Shown: positions 10,215 through 20,362, counted from the first letter of the stretch. The stretch: 64,000 nucleotides of DNA from Gemmatimonadaceae bacterium (GCA_013817305.1 JACDCY010000004.1:11461-75460), one strand, 5' to 3'. Notes: generated by a model not told the origin, from the sequence alone. Numbers and translations: made by a program.

Positions 10215-11318
10215 ATGCGCGAGCGAGGGAAAGCCGACAAGCAGATCGCGGGCTGTGCCACGCAAGAAGGCACCGAACGGTACCGCGGCCGATTTGGTGC
10301 CTCGCGCGCGCAAGACTTCTTCCGGCCGCTCGCGGACGTGCTCAGCGTCTCGTCGATCGGGCTCGGCACCTACCTCGGCGACTGCGACGACAAGACGGAC
10401 GCGGATTATGTCGCGACCACGATGCTCGCACTCAGTTCAGGGATAAATCTCCTGGACAGTGCCATCAACTACAGATGCCAGCGCTCGGAGCGCGCGCTGG
10501 GCTCGGCGCTGCGCGCAGCGGTCGGTGCCGGCGAAATCCGGCGGGACGAGATCGTAGTGTGCAGCAAGGCAGGCTATATCCCGCTCGACGGAACTCCACC
10601 GCCCACACGCCGGGATTACGACGCGCTGCTCAAGGCGCAGTACTTCGATACCGGGATTGTTACGCCGGGACAGATCGTCGCCGGGGGACACTGCATCGCG
10701 CCGAGCTACCTCTCGGACCAGATCCAGCGCAGCCGCCGCAACCTCGGCGTCTCCACGATCGACATCTATTACCTCCACAACCCGGAACAGCAGCTCGACT
10801 CGCTATCACGAGACGAGTTCGCCACGGCGATACGTGAGGCGTTCTCGCAGCTGGAGCGGGAAGTGGCCGACGGAAACATCGGCTGCTATGGATGCGCGAC
10901 GTGGAACGGATTTCGGGCGAAGCCGGGAGACAAGTCCCATCTCGCCGTCACCGAGCTGCTGAAAATCGCGGAAGAAGTGGGCGGGGCGGATCATCACTTT
11001 CGCGTGATACAGCTCCCGATCAGCCTTGCCATGCCCGAAGCCGTGAGGATACCGACACAGCCAGTCGGGAACACGCTGGTTCCGTTGCTCCAGGCCGCAA
11101 ACGACCTGGGCATGGCCGTCATCGCAAGCGCCCCGCTGATGCAGGGCCAGCTCACCCATGGGCTCCCGGCAAAGCTGGCCGAAGCCTTCCCGCTGCTGAC
11201 CACCGACGCCCAGCGCGCGGTTGCTTTCGTTCGCTCGCTACCCCGGGTGACTGCGGCACTCGTCGGCATGAAACGTCAGCCTCATCTGCAAGAACAGCTG
11301 AAGGCCGTCGAGCGGTGA
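10215..11318 (+). CDS. aldo/keto reductase family oxidoreductase
   Basis: AKR signature region (LDSAINYR...SERALG). Start taken at MRERGK. Confidence 0.8.
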   Translation: MRERGKADKQIAGCATQEGTERYRGRFGASRAQDFFRPLADVLSVSSIGLGTYLGDCDDKTDADYVATTMLALSSGINLLDSAINYRCQRSERALGSALRAAVGAGEIRRDEIVVCSKAGYIPLDGTPPPTRRDYDALLKAQYFDTGIVTPGQIVAGGHCIAPSYLSDQIQRSRRNLGVSTIDIYYLHNPEQQLDSLSRDEFATAIREAFSQLEREVADGNIGCYGCATWNGFRAKPGDKSHLAVTELLKIAEEVGGADHHFRVIQLPISLAMPEAVRIPTQPVGNTLVPLLQAANDLGMAVIASAPLMQGQLTHGLPAKLAEAFPLLTTDAQRAVAFVRSLPRVTAALVGMKRQPHLQEQLKAVER

Positions 11319-11375
11319 GCGCGGCCGGAGCGAATGGCTACCTCCCGGCCGCACTCTCGATGCGTCGATCGCGCC

Positions 11376-12068
11376 TTAGCGCGTGACTACCAGCGGTGTG
11401 GCCTTCAGACTGAGGTTGTGATTCACGCGGAGTCCCGCGATCCCGTCAGTCTGGAGCTGCAGCGCGGACTTGCTCAGCGCGCCCGCTACCACGTTGTTGA
11501 CGACGAACTTCACCGAATCGCCGCTCACGCGTACCTCGAGTCGGTACGTCTGCTTACCCTGGGCATCGGCAACCGGCACTGACTCCGTCTTGCGCCACGC
11601 GATCAGGTCTCTGGTGGCGTCGCCATCGCGATGCTTCACCAGCATCTCGCCCGTGCCGGCAACCACGAAGTACATGTACTTCTGAGTCGGCGCGGCCAGA
11701 TTCTGCCCGCCGAACATCAGCCCGAACGCTTCCCGATGCCGCGGAGCAGCCAGCTGCTCGATCGTCGAGGAGATTGTGTAGTTCCCGGTTGCGGCATCCT
11801 TGGCCGCGTAGATGATGTGCGCGGGGCCGGTGGTAATTTCCCAGCTGTTGCCGGATACCACATACTTGGCATCCGAGACATTTGTGTTCGCCTTGTCCGC
11901 GCGACCGAGGTACCCGGCAGGCAGCCCACTGGCACCGGTGGGCGTCAGATCGGGGTCGGCATCCGACTGTGCAGCCGGCGCGGCGGCTCCAGTGTCGATG
12001 CCCCCGCCGCTACCGGACGAGGTGCAGGCTGAGAACAGCAGGCCGGCGATGAGTACGGTTATGCGCAT
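11376..12068 (-). CDS. hypothetical lipoprotein
   Basis: MRITVLIAGLLFSAC lipobox, Ser/Gly-rich linker, about 190-aa beta-rich domain. Confidence 0.55.
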   Translation of the reverse strand: MRITVLIAGLLFSACTSSGSGGGIDTGAAAPAAQSDADPDLTPTGASGLPAGYLGRADKANTNVSDAKYVVSGNSWEITTGPAHIIYAAKDAATGNYTISSTIEQLAAPRHREAFGLMFGGQNLAAPTQKYMYFVVAGTGEMLVKHRDGDATRDLIAWRKTESVPVADAQGKQTYRLEVRVSGDSVKFVVNNVVAGALSKSALQLQTDGIAGLRVNHNLSLKATPLVVTR

Positions 12069-12196
12069 TTTTCAACCTCGTGGGAGACAGGGGATAGGGC
12101 TCCAAAAATGCCCGCTCGGGGAACTTACTTAGTTTGTGTGCGCGAATCTTGCTATCTGGCAAGGGAAACAACCCTCCTCAACAGGAGCAGACATCA

Positions 12197-12604
12197 ATGG
12201 CGGCGAAAAAGTCATCGCGGAGCAAGTCCGCGGCACGTGGCAAGTCGAAGCGGACCGCGAAGCGAAGCTCGGCCAAACGCAGCTCGGCGAAGCGGAGCTC
12301 AACGAAGAGAAGCTCGGCTAAACGCAGCATGGGCAGGAAGAGCTCGGCCAAGCGTAGCTCGGCGAAGAAGAGCTCGACCAAGCGCAAATCTGCGAAGCGC
12401 AGTTCGGCGAAGCGCAGCAGCGCGCGCAAGTCGTCGGCACGGCGCTCATCGAAGCGGAGCCCCACCCCACGGGCACGGGCACGCTCGATGGTCAAGCGCA
12501 CCAAGCGCGTGGCTTCCAGCGTGGCGAAACAAGCTGTCGATCTAGCCCAATCGGCAGGGCACAAGATCAGCTCGACCGCAGGGTCCGTTACGGACCGCTT
12601 CTAG
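12197..12604 (+). CDS. lysine/serine-rich histone H1-like basic repeat protein
   Basis: MAAKKSSRSKSAARGKSKRTAKRSSAKRSSAKRSS..., more than 10 tandem [KR][KR]SS[AT]K hexapeptides encoded by 18-bp DNA repeats. GGAG RBS upstream. Confidence 0.6.
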   Translation: MAAKKSSRSKSAARGKSKRTAKRSSAKRSSAKRSSTKRSSAKRSMGRKSSAKRSSAKKSSTKRKSAKRSSAKRSSARKSSARRSSKRSPTPRARARSMVKRTKRVASSVAKQAVDLAQSAGHKISSTAGSVTDRF

Positions 12605-12624
12605 ACGGGCCCGGCACCACGGAT

Positions 12625-12657
12625 GAGGCCCCTCTCGACGAGGGGCCTCTTTTTTTT
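12625..12657 (+). terminator. intrinsic terminator (GC stem gaggcccctc/gaggggcctc + T8)
   Basis: Perfect 10-bp stem with a 5-nt loop followed by tttttttt. Sits between convergent genes. Confidence 0.8.
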
Positions 12658-13364
12658 CAGGCCATGTGGCTCGTGAACCAACCCGTGACTCTCGCCAGTA
12701 CTGTCTCGCGATCGTAATCCACGGTCAATATGTGCCCGCCTCGCTCCACGAAAACGAGATCTTTCTCCTTGGCGGGTATCGCGGAGTACGCGTACTCGGC
12801 GACGTGGCCGGCAACGCGATTGTCCAACCGGGACTGCATGATCAGCGTCGGGGCGCGGACCGAGCGCAGCGCTTTCCGGGCAGTTCGCGAGAGGGTCAGC
12901 AGCTGGCGCAGAGCGCTCGCGGTCGTCACCCCGTAGGCCAGATTCTTCGCGCGCTCCACGGGGTCGAGGATAGACCTGCTGCTCGTCGCCCTGAACTCAC
13001 CGGCGAACGGACCCCACACGCGGTGGAGGAGCGCCGCTGCCGCGAGAGTGCGCGGCATTCCGACATAGGGAGCCAGAAGAACCAATGCCGGTAAGCGGGG
13101 CGCATCAGCCGCGATGGTGGCCGCAATCGCTCCACCCATCGACAACCCGCCCAGACCAACGCTGCCGAACGAGGCCTTCATCGCCAGATACTCGGCGCGC
13201 GCGAACGAGATCCACTCGCTGGCCCGCGATCTCGAGAATTCCCCCACAGTCCGGCCATGGCCAGGAAGGAGCGGTGCCCTGACCGTAAACCCGGCGGCAT
13301 GCAGTCCCGAGGCGATGTAGCCGAGCGTCTGAGGGGTGTCCCCGAATCCGTGCAGCAGCAACAC
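12657..13364 (-). CDS. alpha/beta hydrolase (carboxylesterase/thioesterase-like)
   Basis: LLLHGFGDT and GLSMGG nucleophile elbow. Confidence 0.8.
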   Translation of the reverse strand: MLLLHGFGDTPQTLGYIASGLHAAGFTVRAPLLPGHGRTVGEFSRSRASEWISFARAEYLAMKASFGSVGLGGLSMGGAIAATIAADAPRLPALVLLAPYVGMPRTLAAAALLHRVWGPFAGEFRATSSRSILDPVERAKNLAYGVTTASALRQLLTLSRTARKALRSVRAPTLIMQSRLDNRVAGHVAEYAYSAIPAKEKDLVFVERGGHILTVDYDRETVLARVTGWFTSHMA

Positions 13365-13411
13365 CGCGGAATCGCCGGTTCCGCGAAGCTCGATGGGCTC
13401 TGCGCCAGCTA

Positions 13412-14101
13412 TCAGACCGGCGATAATGCGAGTTGGCCGCGGTGGATGACGTACGACTCTCCTTTCCGCTCCGCCACGCCCGACCCCACGAGACGCCCCA
13501 GCGCGAGGGAGATCGACTCGCGCGTCGCACCAACCATCTCGCAGATGAGTCTGTAGTCCGAAGGTGAGACGACGAGCGTGCCATTTGCCTTCATCGACGG
13601 ATCGCGGCTCAGACGGTCCAGCGCCGCACGCAACCGCGCGTCCACAGAGGCCGACGCGAAGTCATGAAGGCGTCCGAGAATGGCCGCGCGCTCGGCTACC
13701 ATTTGGCTAGACAGGCTGATCGCGCAGGCCGGTTGCTCCCGGACAAGCGCGCGATAGCCGTCGAAGTTGAGATGCAGCGTCTCGCTTTGCACTGCGGCAT
13801 AGGCGTTGGTCGCATAAGATGCGTCGGGACACAGGCCTTCGCAGCCGAAAGTCTCCCGCTCGAAAGCGACCCATGACACGAAATCGCGCTTGTTGCGGCC
13901 GCTGTTGCTCAACACGATGCGGCCGGCGAGAACGATGAACAGTCCGTTCGCCCGCGCGCCTCTTTCGTACAGCGCGAATCCCAGCGGCCAGTTCGCCTTC
14001 GCGCCGAACGTCGCGAGGATCTCGAGATCGTCACGCGTGAGCTGCCCTGGCTGGGAATGTCCCTTCTTCGACATTGGATGCACCGGTTGACCACCGGTCA
14101 C
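13412..14101 (-). CDS. Crp/Fnr family transcriptional regulator
   Basis: cNMP-binding domain plus a C-terminal HTH (RESISLALGRLVGSGV). Confidence 0.8.
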   Translation of the reverse strand: MTGGQPVHPMSKKGHSQPGQLTRDDLEILATFGAKANWPLGFALYERGARANGLFIVLAGRIVLSNSGRNKRDFVSWVAFERETFGCEGLCPDASYATNAYAAVQSETLHLNFDGYRALVREQPACAISLSSQMVAERAAILGRLHDFASASVDARLRAALDRLSRDPSMKANGTLVVSPSDYRLICEMVGATRESISLALGRLVGSGVAERKGESYVIHRGQLALSPV

Positions 14102-14128
14102 TCTTGCAATCGTCGCGCCTGTTCGAAA

Positions 14129-14752
14129 TCACTCCTCCATCTCCATCAGCGCATGGCGGAGAGCGGCTCGCAGCGCGTGCTCCCGGTCGGACTCCGGCGG
14201 CAGGCCGCCCGAGATTTTGGAGAATGTGGCCAGCATCTCGTCGTCGATGAAGGCGTCGCCCGGCGCGGGGACCCCGAGTCCATCGAGCGATCTAAGTGCT
14301 ACCGCTCGAAGCAGTTCCACTGTCGAAGCGGACAAGCCGGCGAGGCTTCCCGGCAACGAGCGGACGCGCGGGGCGTCACGCATTCGCTTTGGCGCGTCGA
14401 ACAGGGCGGTGACAGGCGCGAGGGACACTGCGAATGATCCTTCGTTGTGCTCGCGCCACTCCGCCACGACGCCCCGGCGGCGAAGGGAGAATAACAGCTT
14501 CTCCACCGCCGGCCTGACGACCGGGACACCACCTTCGCTGGATTTTCCGCGCCCCGTTATCACGAGCACGTCGCCCGCCTGCGCCATCTGTCGCTCGCGA
14601 AGCCATGATTCGGTCCGCGAGGTCGCCTCCGAAGCGGTCGGCAACGTCGCGCGAAGGTTCAGCGTGCGACCTGGCCCGAAGGAGGCTTCGTCGAGCGCCC
14701 GCAGTGCCCCGGCCGCTCCCGGTCCCCGCGGTGCACGGCTTCTCCGCGACAT
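14129..14752 (-). CDS. Smr domain-containing protein
   Basis: TLNLRATLPTASEA...VLVITGRGKSS matches the Smr fold signature. Confidence 0.55.
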   Translation of the reverse strand: MSRRSRAPRGPGAAGALRALDEASFGPGRTLNLRATLPTASEATSRTESWLRERQMAQAGDVLVITGRGKSSEGGVPVVRPAVEKLLFSLRRRGVVAEWREHNEGSFAVSLAPVTALFDAPKRMRDAPRVRSLPGSLAGLSASTVELLRAVALRSLDGLGVPAPGDAFIDDEMLATFSKISGGLPPESDREHALRAALRHALMEMEE

Positions 14753-14764
14753 CGCGGACGAACG

Positions 14765-16360
14765 CTAGCGGAGGGCCGCGTTCAGCGTCACTCCGTCGAG
14801 TCGCTCCATGGGTGTCACGCCGAGGGCTCGCGCGAGAGTAGGCGCCATGTCGACGACGCGCGCAGTCTGGGAATTCATTCCCTTTCGGAACTGCGGGCCG
14901 AGAAAAATGATCGGCACCCGCGCGTCGTAGTCGTGCGGCGTTCCATGCGTGGCGTACGTTCCGGCGCCCCAGTAGCTGTACGGCGTGAGAGTGACAACCA
15001 GCGCCGCGTCGTCGTCGTCCGCGAACATGTGCAGCCACCGCCGCGCGACGTAGTCCTGCACGGTGTCTCGACGTGCCAGCTCGCTGGGTCGATCCACCCG
15101 GAGCACGCCCGGGATGCGAGCTGTGCTGTCGGCGAACGAGGCGATCAGCGCACTGACGTCGACGCTCCCCAGAGCTGCCCGGTTGAGTGTCAGCGCACCG
15201 GAGCCGAAGGCGATCGCGGTCGTGTCCCCGCCAGCGTCACGAATCATCTGGCGCGCGCGGGCCATGACGGGGCCGATGTAGACGTGCGTCGCCTGAGGGT
15301 TCTTGATCCTCCCACTCACCTCTATGTATGGGGCGACGCCGTGATCCCCGGTCAGGGCAATGACGACGTTCCCGCGGCCGCGCACCGCAAACAGGGAGTC
15401 GAAGAACGCGCCGAGCATGCGGTCGAGCCGCAACATGTGATCGTGAATCTCCCTCGAGTCCGGACCGAAGGCGTGCCCGGTTCCATCCATCCCGGACAGT
15501 GAGACCGCGAGCATGTCCGTTCTTCCGCCGCCGCCCAGCTGCATCCTGTTCACTCCCTCCAGGGCGAGCTGGAGCGTTACCTCATCGATCCATGGATAGT
15601 TCGGCAGCAGGTAGGCGATCGTCTCCGGATTGCTGGACGCAACGTGCGGAAATACGATGTCGCGCCCGAGATTCTCGATCGGCACGCTGTCCGGCTCGCT
15701 GTACGCGCTCCCGGGAAGGAGCAGGTCCCACGATTTTCCGGCATAGCTCTGCGGAATCCGCCGCTCGTTGAACTCGCGCACCCACTGCGGGAGCTCGGAG
15801 GCGTAGTAGCTGCTCGTAACGAAAGCGCCATTGCCTGCGCCCGTGCGGGCCGGCGAGTACCAGAATACCTGCGCCTTGCTCTTTCCGACGGGCAGAATCG
15901 CTCCGCGGTCCTTTCGTGATACCGACAGGACGCGGGTCGACGGATCACGGGCGAGCATCCAGTCTGTAAGCGTGGTGCCCACGAACCGGTGGGGCGACGC
16001 GCCCGATCCGGCCGTGCCCGTCAGCGTGGTCGCGCCATCGGACACGCCGGCGCTGTTCGACGCGATTCCAGTGTGCACGGGGAAGCGCCCTGACATTGTG
16101 CTCGCATGGCCGGGCGCGGTCTCGGTGATGGCGTGGTCATGGTAGCCGTTCTGAAACACCGCGCCGTCGCGGTACAGCAGCCCGAGGCCGCCGCTGAGCT
16201 GATGCTTCCACCGGTCGTAATACTCGGGGAGCAATTGATCGACGGTAATGAACACCACCAGCGTCGGTCGCGTTGCCGACGGAGCCGGCTGCATTGAGGG
16301 CGCGCATCCGGCCAGCGAGAGCGCGCAAACGGCGGCGAGAGAGAGGAGGGGCATAATCAT
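14765..16360 (-). CDS. alkaline phosphatase superfamily phosphoesterase (NPP/PafA-like), lipoprotein
   Basis: Start moved to MIMPLLSLAAVCALSLAGC. VFITVDQL and LTGDHG metal-site motifs. Confidence 0.75.
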   Translation of the reverse strand: MIMPLLSLAAVCALSLAGCAPSMQPAPSATRPTLVVFITVDQLLPEYYDRWKHQLSGGLGLLYRDGAVFQNGYHDHAITETAPGHASTMSGRFPVHTGIASNSAGVSDGATTLTGTAGSGASPHRFVGTTLTDWMLARDPSTRVLSVSRKDRGAILPVGKSKAQVFWYSPARTGAGNGAFVTSSYYASELPQWVREFNERRIPQSYAGKSWDLLLPGSAYSEPDSVPIENLGRDIVFPHVASSNPETIAYLLPNYPWIDEVTLQLALEGVNRMQLGGGGRTDMLAVSLSGMDGTGHAFGPDSREIHDHMLRLDRMLGAFFDSLFAVRGRGNVVIALTGDHGVAPYIEVSGRIKNPQATHVYIGPVMARARQMIRDAGGDTTAIAFGSGALTLNRAALGSVDVSALIASFADSTARIPGVLRVDRPSELARRDTVQDYVARRWLHMFADDDDAALVVTLTPYSYWGAGTYATHGTPHDYDARVPIIFLGPQFRKGMNSQTARVVDMAPTLARALGVTPMERLDGVTLNAALR

Positions 16361-16833
16361 GGCTTTGGTGAGAAGACTCGAGGACTCCCAAATGCGCTGG
16401 TGACGGCGATGCGCCATCCGCCCGGGGTTTTCACGAACACACGCTCGGAGATTCCGCTGCTTACCGAGTCGCCGTTCCTGACATCGTACCGGTAGCTGCC
16501 GTACACGACCCCGGCAGCCAGCGGCACCACGGTCAGGTCGCGCGCCATGAGGGTGTCGGGCCAGCTCGTGCTCGTGCGCGCGGGCCAATCGTCGAAGCCA
16601 AGCTCCAATCCGTCGACGCCATTGCGCGCCAGGCGCGGGCTCTGAAGGTAGGTCGCGATGTACCGATCCCGGTCGCGCTTGTGAATCGCGTCGATGTTCT
16701 CGCGAAACAGCGCCAGCGCTTCGACGCTGTCAGCGGCCGCGAACGTGATCGGAGCTGACGGCGCTACGGTCGCGGTCGCGCACGCCGCGGCTCCGAGCGT
16801 GAGAGCAAAAATGGCGAAGGCTGGTCGTGTCAT
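16357..16833 (-). CDS. SnoaL-like/NTF2-like (DUF4440-type) secreted protein
   Basis: Start moved to MTRPAFAIFALTLGAAAC. 4-bp overlap with the downstream gene. Confidence 0.45.
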   Translation of the reverse strand: MTRPAFAIFALTLGAAACATATVAPSAPITFAAADSVEALALFRENIDAIHKRDRDRYIATYLQSPRLARNGVDGLELGFDDWPARTSTSWPDTLMARDLTVVPLAAGVVYGSYRYDVRNGDSVSSGISERVFVKTPGGWRIAVTSAFGSPRVFSPKP

Positions 16834-16891
16834 CGTAGGGGGGGAATGGTTCAGCGTGATCCCGTACGATACAGCAAGGCCGTCCCCCGTG

Positions 16892-17422
16892 CTACGCGGC
16901 CGCCTCCAACCGCTCCGCGGCAACCAGCGAGCGCGACACACAGACCTCGTCGCAACGGATCCTGCGGGGGCAGCGGAGGCAGTCACGCCGGATTTTTTCC
17001 GGATACGCCGCGCGGTCGGCGATCGAATAACCGGCCGATTCGAAGAACGCCGGAGTCAGCGTCAACGCGAACAGCTCGTGTATCCCGCGCTTGGCCGCCA
17101 GATCCTCCACCTTGCGCACGATCCGCTTGCCCAGGCCGGTGCCATGCGCTGCGCGCTCGATCGCGAGTGAGGATACCTCGGCGAGGGATGGCGAGTACTC
17201 CTTCAACGCGCCGCACCCCAGCAGCTTCCCGCGTACGGTCACCGCTACCACAAAGTCGTCGATCGCATGCGCGACCGAGTCCAACGTGCGGGGGAGCATG
17301 ATCCCCTCCGACGCGTAGCCGTTGACCAACTCCACTATCCCATCGGCATCGGCTCGTCGCGCCGGGCGAATGAGGACCTCGTCCTGCCTCGGCGCAAACG
17401 CCCGAACGTTGTGCTGAATCAC
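16892..17422 (-). CDS. argA: GNAT N-acetyltransferase, probable short-form N-acetylglutamate synthase (argA-like)
   Basis: GNAT motifs (VGCGAL..., GLGKRIV). It is the last gene of the argC-B-D string and has a C-terminal Cys cluster CLRCPRRIRCDEVC. Confidence 0.6.
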   Translation of the reverse strand: MIQHNVRAFAPRQDEVLIRPARRADADGIVELVNGYASEGIMLPRTLDSVAHAIDDFVVAVTVRGKLLGCGALKEYSPSLAEVSSLAIERAAHGTGLGKRIVRKVEDLAAKRGIHELFALTLTPAFFESAGYSIADRAAYPEKIRRDCLRCPRRIRCDEVCVSRSLVAAERLEAAA

Positions 17423-18627
17423 GATACGACTCCTTCGAGGATGGCGAGCCCGGCTTCGAGCTCCTCGCGGCTGGCTATCAGCGGAGGAAGAAGGCGCAGC
17501 GTATAGTCGCCGGCCGAAAGAATCAGCAGGCCGGCGTCAAGAGCGCGCGCGACGGTGTTGGCAGCCGGCTCGACCACGTCGATCCCCCACATGTAGCCCA
17601 CGCCGCGGACAGCGCGGATGCGTGGGGTTCCAGCGGCGAGGTCTGCGAGCCGCTCACCGAGCCAGGCGCCATTCTGCTCGACCTGATCGAGGAAGCCTTC
17701 GTCGGAGAGCCGATCGAATACGTGCAGCGCGACGGACGCTACGAACGGACCGCCGCCAAAAGTCGTGGCGTGGTCGCCCGGCTGCACCGTTCTCGCAATG
17801 TCCTCCGACAGCAGCACCGCGCCCATGGGAAGCCCGCCGGCCAGCGGCTTCGCGAGCGTGAGCATGTCGGGAACCACACCGCTGTGCTCGTGCGCGAACA
17901 GCTTCCCTGTCCGGCCGAGACCGCACTGTACCTCGTCGAAGATCAGCGCGATCTCCCGCTCCTGCGTAAGCGCGCGCACGCCCTCGAGGAACCGCGGGTC
18001 GAGCACGCGCACGCCACCTTCGCCTTGAACGGGCTCGAGAATCACTGCCGCGACAGTGTCGCTATCGAGCATGTTCTCAAGGTCGGTCAAGTCGCGCTCC
18101 GAGATCGAGATTCCGGGGGCGAGAGGCCGAAATGGAGCGCGGTACTCCGGACGGTCGGTGGCGGCGAGCGACGCGAACAGCCGGCCGTGAAAGCCGCCGC
18201 GCAGAGCGACGATCTCGTGCTTCCGCGCCCCGCCGATGGACCGCGCCCAACGTCTGGCGAATTTGAACGCGCCCTCGTTGGCCTCGGCGCCCGAGTTGCA
18301 AAAAAACACGGAGGAAGCGAACGAGCTGTCGACCAGCCGCTGCGCGAGCTGTTCGCCCGGCTCCGTTGCGTACAGGTTGGAGCTGTGCAGCACTCCGGTT
18401 TCCGCTGCCGCGACGATCGCGTCCCGGATGCCTGCATCCGCGTAGCCGAGGGCATTGACGCCGATACCGCTCGTAAAATCGAGATACTCTCGTCCGTCGG
18501 ACCCGAACAGCTCGACGCCGCGGCCGCCCACGATCTGGATGGGCGCGCGCTTGTAGGTACCGAGGATGGCCGACTTCCGAGCGCGAGGGATTTCGTGCGC
18601 GAGCACGGGGAGCGACAGCGTCGTCAC
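17419..18627 (-). CDS. argD: acetylornithine aminotransferase
   Basis: Class-III PLP aminotransferase motifs, operon context. Confidence 0.9.
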   Translation of the reverse strand: MTTLSLPVLAHEIPRARKSAILGTYKRAPIQIVGGRGVELFGSDGREYLDFTSGIGVNALGYADAGIRDAIVAAAETGVLHSSNLYATEPGEQLAQRLVDSSFASSVFFCNSGAEANEGAFKFARRWARSIGGARKHEIVALRGGFHGRLFASLAATDRPEYRAPFRPLAPGISISERDLTDLENMLDSDTVAAVILEPVQGEGGVRVLDPRFLEGVRALTQEREIALIFDEVQCGLGRTGKLFAHEHSGVVPDMLTLAKPLAGGLPMGAVLLSEDIARTVQPGDHATTFGGGPFVASVALHVFDRLSDEGFLDQVEQNGAWLGERLADLAAGTPRIRAVRGVGYMWGIDVVEPAANTVARALDAGLLILSAGDYTLRLLPPLIASREELEAGLAILEGVVS

Positions 18628-19400
18628 GCTACGAGACTCGCTGCGAGGGTGATGGTGGTGCCGAGGCTGGCATCGAGAACGCCGGGCAGCGGCGCCACGC
18701 GAACGGAAGCAACGCCGCCCGCCAGCGCGGCGTGCGCGGCCTCGAGCTTTGCAGCCATGCCGTTGGTCGCCGTCCCATTCGCGATCAGCTCGCGTGCCGC
18801 GTAGACGTCGAGAACGTCGAAGGCCGTGCCCTCCGCGTCCAGGACTCCGTCTACGTCGGCCACGAGGAGCAGCTCTTCGGCGCCCGTCGCGACGGCGATC
18901 GCTGCCGCGGCATCGTCGCCGTTCACGTTGAGCGCGCCCCGTCCGTCTCCATTTGCCGCCAGCGGCGAGATCACCGGCAGGTAGCCGGCGTCGAGCAGCG
19001 CGGACAGAAGGCTCGTATGCACGCGTCCCGGCATCCCGACGTGGCCGAATTCCTCCACGCCAAGAGGTTGCGCCTCCAGGAATCCGGCGTCTTCGCCGGA
19101 TATTCCAACCGCGGGCACGCCAGCGCCGACGAGCATCGACACGAGCCGCTTATTGACGAGCCCGGACAGCACCATTCGCACGACGCCGATGTCGTCCTCG
19201 GAAGTGACGCGCCGTCCGCCGGTGAAGCCGGGGGATCCGCCGAGTCGCCGCTGCATGGCCGATATCTCTTCGCCGCCGCCGTGAACCACGGCCATTGCGC
19301 CGGGCGCGGCGTGCCAGGCCGCGGCCAGCACGGACGCCAGCGCCGGCGAAGACTGCGCCCGGCCGCCGAGCTTGACGACGGTCTTCATGGCGGTCTTCAC
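18624..19400 (-). CDS. argB: acetylglutamate kinase
   Basis: Amino-acid kinase fold (VVKLGG...VHGGG). Confidence 0.9.
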   Translation of the reverse strand: MKTAMKTVVKLGGRAQSSPALASVLAAAWHAAPGAMAVVHGGGEEISAMQRRLGGSPGFTGGRRVTSEDDIGVVRMVLSGLVNKRLVSMLVGAGVPAVGISGEDAGFLEAQPLGVEEFGHVGMPGRVHTSLLSALLDAGYLPVISPLAANGDGRGALNVNGDDAAAAIAVATGAEELLLVADVDGVLDAEGTAFDVLDVYAARELIANGTATNGMAAKLEAAHAALAGGVASVRVAPLPGVLDASLGTTITLAASLVA

Positions 19401-20356
19401 GAGGGAAGACCTACGCGCTCGTCGAGGCCGAGCAGCAGGTTGGCGTTCTGCACAGCCTGGCCGGCCGCTCCTTTGAGAAGGTTGTCGATGGCCGCGATTA
19501 CGACGAGCGTCGGCTGCCGCACGTTTGCCGCGGCATGGACACTGAGGCGGACGACATTCCGGTGCACGACGTCGCGCAACGAGGGCAGCTCGTCGGTCAC
19601 TTCGATGAACGGCTCCCCGGCGTAAAACTGGCGCCAGAGCGCGCCGGGTTCCGCGATGCTTTCGGTGACCGGAACGGTGATGGTGGCAAGTATGCCGCGC
19701 GCCACGGGCAACAGGTGCGGCGTGAAGAGAATGTCGTTGTCACCGCCAAGCTCACGCACGAGCGCATTCATCTCCGCGAGGTGGCGATGCGCATTGCCCG
19801 GCGCGTACGCCCGGAAATCCTCCGCGACCTCGGCGAACATGAGCTCCTGTTTGGGAGCGAAGCCCGCACCCGTGACACCGCTCGCCGCGTTCACGTTGAT
19901 CGTCGCGCCCGGGCGCACTAGTCCTCGCGCGAGCAGCGGGGCGAGCCCGATGAGGACCGCCGTCGGGTAGCAGCCGGGGTTGGCAATCAACTCCGCTCCG
20001 GCGATCGCGTCCCGCATGATCTCGGTCAGGCCATAGGGCGCGGCGGCGGCATTGTTCCCCGGACGAAAGTCCGAGGAAAGGTCGATCACCTTTGCGCCAC
20101 TGGTGCGCGCTGCGCCTACCCACTCGGCCGAAGCGCCGTGCGGGAGCGCGCTGAACACCATTTCGGCGGCATCGAGCTGGACGTCGTCAGGCGCGACGAA
20201 GGTGATCTCGCGGGCGCCGAAGCGCGCGCGCTGGCCGCGCTGTCCGTTGGCGGCGGCGAAGGCCAGCTCCATCCCAGGATGGCGGGAAACCAGGCCGCAG
20301 AGCTCGCGCCCTGCATACCCGCTCGCGCCCAGGATTCCGACCGCAATCTTATGCAT
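19397..20356 (-). CDS. argC: N-acetyl-gamma-glutamyl-phosphate reductase
   Basis: MHKIAVGILGASGYAGREL, catalytic Cys region. Probable ATG is at 20356 (ORF-track start 20362 is a TTG). Confidence 0.9.
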   Translation of the reverse strand: MHKIAVGILGASGYAGRELCGLVSRHPGMELAFAAANGQRGQRARFGAREITFVAPDDVQLDAAEMVFSALPHGASAEWVGAARTSGAKVIDLSSDFRPGNNAAAAPYGLTEIMRDAIAGAELIANPGCYPTAVLIGLAPLLARGLVRPGATINVNAASGVTGAGFAPKQELMFAEVAEDFRAYAPGNAHRHLAEMNALVRELGGDNDILFTPHLLPVARGILATITVPVTESIAEPGALWRQFYAGEPFIEVTDELPSLRDVVHRNVVRLSVHAAANVRQPTLVVIAAIDNLLKGAAGQAVQNANLLLGLDERVGLPS

Positions 20357-20362
20357 CCTCAA

